In this document: in pieces, positions 59,850 through 64,000 of the stretch
Layout: the number at the start of each line of letters is the position of its first letter
How positions within the stretch are numbered: the stretch's first letter is position 1
DNA from: Lama glama
Taxonomy: Eukaryota
Assembly: GCA_028534125.1 (NCBI GenBank)
Contig: CM052824.1
Coordinates: 48,236,001 to 48,300,000, forward strand
Length of the DNA stretch: 64,000 bases
Direction: 5' to 3'
Translations under genes and position numbers: made by a program
The notes under the pieces: generated by a model
What the model was told of the DNA's origin: nothing
The model's input: only the letters and a program-made list of their open reading frames with translations
Databases searched by the model: none

Positions 59850-60285
59850 TCCACCTCGTGGCCATTTCCCTCGGCCCCTCCAGTATCTTCCTGTTCCTAA
59901 CAGTACCATTTAAACAGCCAGGAATTATGCTGGTGCTTTGTCTTCATAAAACTGCAATGTGGGTATTAATCCCACTATTCAAACAGGAAAACCCAGACTT
60001 ACAGAAGTCACTTGTCCAGGGTTACACTGAGGGTCAGTGGAAAATCTAAGAAATAAGTCCATCTTCATGTCATTGTATCACTCCTTCTGGAGGAAAAGAA
60101 GGCCCCAAAATTAAAGATAATCTAAATTTTTCCATAATCCCTACATGCTCCAAGTTCCTCACAGTCAGTTACCATCCTGGCCGAGTAGATGACATAGTCC
60201 CCCCTAGCCCCAAGATACACTGGGTACAGCACTGAGAATTAGGTAAATCATCCCACTCTGTTTCTCCATCTGAAAATTGAGAGGC

Positions 60286-61030
60286 CACACAAAAACATCT
60301 CCACAAATGTTCACAGGATCATTACGTACAATAGCCAAAAGGCAGAAACAACTCAAGAGTCTATCGAGTGATGGATGGATGAATTAGACAAAATGTTATC
60401 CACACAATGGAACAGTAGCCATAAAAAGGAATGAATTTGACATATGCTAGAATATGGATGAACCGTGAAAACATTAAGTGAAAGAAGTCAATAATAAAAG
60501 ACCACACATTGTGATTCCATTTCTATGAAATGTCCAGAATAGGCAAATCTATAGCAATAGAAAGTAGAATTAGTGGTTGCTTAGGGATGGAGGGACTGGA
60601 GGCAGGGGAAGGAGGTGACAGCTAAAGGACACAGGGTTTCTTCCTGAGGTGAAGGAAATGTTCTACAATGCATCATGGTCACAGCTGCACAACTGTGAAT
60701 ATATAAACCACTGAAACTTCCAGTTATAAGATGGTAAGTACTAGAAACGTAAAATATAATAAGCATGTTATATATGAAAGTTACTAAGAGAGTATATCCT
60801 GAGAGTTCCCATCACAAGGAAACCTTTTTCAATTTAATTTTGTACCTATACAAGATGATGTTCACTAAACTTATTGTGACAATCAATTCATGATGTACGT
60901 AAGTCAAATCATCATGCTACACACTGTAACTTTATACAGTGCTGTCTGTCAATTATACCTCAAAACTGGAAGAGAAAAAACCTACTGAATTGTACACTTT
61001 AAGTAAATTGTGTGTGAACTATATCTCAAT
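60286..61030 (+). mobile_element. L1MB-like 3' end interrupted by a second L1 3' fragment (60716-60980)
   Basis: ...aatagccaaaaggcagaaacaactc...tgtccagaataggcaaatctata...aaaccactgaa [insert] aaacctactgaattgtacacttt. Confidence 0.8.
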
Positions 61031-64000
61031 TGTTGTACGGACACACACCCCTCAGAGTGAGAAGGCTGGTCTAGATAAACTCTGAAGGTCCTTCCAGTTG
61101 TCTTTTAGGGGACAGAACCATCTGTCATCAGTTCCAGCAGTGGCAACTTGGCCTGAATGGACTCAATCTGGTATTAAGACCAGTCCCATCAAAGGCCACC
61201 TGAATTAACTTTGCTCCATGCCCTCCCCCTAAGCCTTGAGCAACGTCTGCTTCCATATGGTGGATGACCTTCTTCCTACCTTAAGGAACCCAAACTGCAG
61301 ACATCTACACACCCTCTGACTCTAGGAAAGAAACGGCAGATGCAGCCCACCTCCAGCTCTGGTCCTTTCGCTTTTTACAGAGCTCCTCCTCCGAAAGTGT
61401 GGCTCCAGCTTGAGCTCTACCCTTCCGAGAATATTCATTTGCACTTCAAGGGGCGCAGCACATTTTGTAGGGATCAGATCTAGAGCTGAATCATGGTTTC
61501 CTTATTTTGAAGCTTCATCTTGAGCTTACTTAGCTACTTTGAGACTAAATTTCCTGTGAGATGGTTATGAATAAATTCCCACTACCGTTATGGAAGTAGC
61601 ATGTGTACCATTTGAAGATAACATTCCATAAGCCAAATACCATAATGCAAGCTGAAAGCAAAAACAGGACTCCACATAGTCACACTACATTTACCAGTGT
61701 TCAAGATCCCTGTGGGTTAGGAAAGACTGGTCTTAAAAAAAACTAGCATCTAAGACAGGAATTCTATCGAAGCAGATGAGATAACTGTAAACTCAGCATC
61801 CTGGGAGTGAAGTCATTCTCATATGAGGCAAGTGAAGAATTCACAGGTGCCTGTCTACCCTTCACAAGTCGCCAAGGGATGCACCAAACTCCCTCATACC
61901 AATACTACTGTGAAGCGCTCAAGTTATGGAGAAAAGGGAGCAGTTCCTAAGGGAGTAAGAGATTCAGAATCAAGCCAAAAATCCCTCTCTCATTAGATCA
62001 GTGCAGATCTTATAAAGCTTTACAAAGGAGGTCCAGGAAGCTGGTACTGAGGCTCCACTGTGGGTCTGGCACTCCAGACAAATATCCAGCCCTATCCCAG
62101 AGCTGGTTAGAGATGAGATGTGAGGAATAATATGATACACTCTCAAGCTCCCTGAAAGCCTTTCCTATTCTGAGCCCCCACCCCTCAAATAGCAGCCTAA
62201 GACCCAGAAGCCAACAGGGTTCTCTGGCCCTGGTTCAAAGTGAGCCAGTGGTGACGAGTCATGATAGCCTCCATCCATCCCATTTACTGCTGAGTATCTA
62301 CTGCTTGCCAAGCACTGTGCGAAGTGCTTTACATACAGCACTCCATTTAACCCTCACAACTCTCAGGTAAAGTAAGTAAAGTTACTCTTATTTCACAGAG
62401 GAGAATCCAAAGCTCAGAAGGTTTAAGTTACTTGCCTAAGGTCAAAGATCAAGTTTGTACCAGAGCCAAAATTGTTTAACCTCAGTCTTGCCATCTCACA
62501 AATGACACCAACTATCCTGCCTCCCTTACAGGGATGTATTGAAGATCAAGTGAAATCACTAACACCAACATGAACTGAAGTTTATTACAAGTTTACTACC
62601 TAAAATCAAAACAGTGTGAGGACTCCTGACCTCTAGGAAGAAGATGTAGCTCCCGAACCCCAATCACCTCCCTTTATTTGGGTCAAGCTAATGAGATTTT
62701 CTTACCTAGTATCAGGGTTCCTTTCTCCTGATAAGCCCATATTAGATAAATGGAGAATAATGGTGTTATTCTAAAGGCCATTCTTTGAGTAGGTCAAGAG
62801 AAAAGAAAAATGGTGCCAGGTTTCAGAACTGGCACTCCCATCCCCCTGGCCCTGGATACTGTGGCCCAGCTTTCTCACCAACAAACCTGCTCTGCCACCC
62901 CAAAGGCCTGCTATGATGAAAACAACAGTCTGCAAGCAATTGAGCAGAAACTCTACAGACAGACAACCCAAATTCAAAGGCACCTCAAGATCCTCTAAAT
63001 CTACGCAAAGGAAAAGGGTATCACTCTCTCACGCTACAGCTGTTCCTGAAGTCACCTTCCCCACAAAGGTCCTACCCAATCAACCTGCCTTCGCAGACGA
63101 AGCCTTTCAGATTGTTGTGCTTGCCCTCAGCATCACATGATGTTTAAACTGCAATTTTCAGCTTTGTAATTAATCACACACATTTTATTTTCACAAGATA
63201 TGTACGGTTAAGCACACAGGTCCCAGAATCAGACAGATCTGAGTTTCAATTCTGGTTGGAGATGTTAAGCAATTATGTAGTCTCAGAGTCCTTACCTATA
63301 AAATGAAGATATTTGTAGTATAAACTCACAGGACTGTTCTGATTACTAAATGTGATAATACTGTGGGTTCAACACAGTGCAATAAATGTAGCTATTCATT
63401 CACCAAAGAACAGGTTCCATTTCTTTTATGATCCTCAATAATTAGAGCAGAGCCCTTCCTAAGTGTGACTAATATTCCCTCTTTAACTCACTCATCTGTT
63501 TATGGGGACCCCTAAGAGCTACCTTTATTCATACTACACCTATCCCTAAACAGGGCTCCTGGTTTCTCTCCAAATATAACAGGTATCTCTCATCTTCGTT
63601 CCCATTCCTTACACCCAGAAATCCATACTCACCTACCTGATCCCATCCCTAACCCTACATATCACTGCATGTCCAAATCAGACCCGTTTTTCACCCTTTT
63701 CAAGAAGCCTTTCCTGATTTATTTTCACCACCTTCCCTTCCTCCCCTCCAACAACATACATACACAACTAAATGTGATTTCTCTTCTTCCTGGTATATTC
63801 AGTTACCCTCCCTTACTTTCATTCTTATTAGAACCATCCTCATCCACCTTGCTATCTAATAGAGGGCCTCTTAGTACTAAGCAAGCATGTAAAACTGATA
63901 TTACATAAAATAAAAGCATTGGGGAGATCTGTAGTTCTTAATACAATAATGTTTTCTGAACATTTATCCCTTGATGTTCACAAACTGACTTGGACCAGTA

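Noticed and set aside
50500-64000. Exons of the expected downstream neighbour CDC42
   Set aside because: No Rho-GTPase peptide in the ORF track; the gene presumably lies beyond the window.
1-64000. A novel multi-gene system
   Set aside because: WNT4 plus repeats explain the window; any novelty is at the isoform or regulatory level.

Overview
Mammalian genomic DNA containing the complete WNT4 gene on the + strand. Five coding exons (23587-23663, 37662-37897, 46603-46734, 46830-46972, 47672-48139) total 1056 nt and encode 351 aa; all introns are GT-AG. The gene has a CpG-island promoter partly hidden by an N-gap and a probable ~2.3 kb 3' UTR. The rest is intergenic or intronic DNA rich in old eutherian repeats (MIR, L2, MaLR LTRs, hAT DNA transposons, L1). 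Two tRNA-Ala-derived SINEs resemble the camelid Vic-1 family, suggesting a camel/alpaca-type genome. No other protein-coding gene is recognisable and the remaining ORFs look incidental. Best leads: a candidate in-frame alternative first exon in intron 1 that would replace the signal peptide; an ERE-like site near the expected position of human rs3820282; strong CTCF motifs inside and downstream of the gene; a non-canonical poly(A) signal; nested retroelements; and two local duplications. Repeat family names are recalled consensus matches, not database results.
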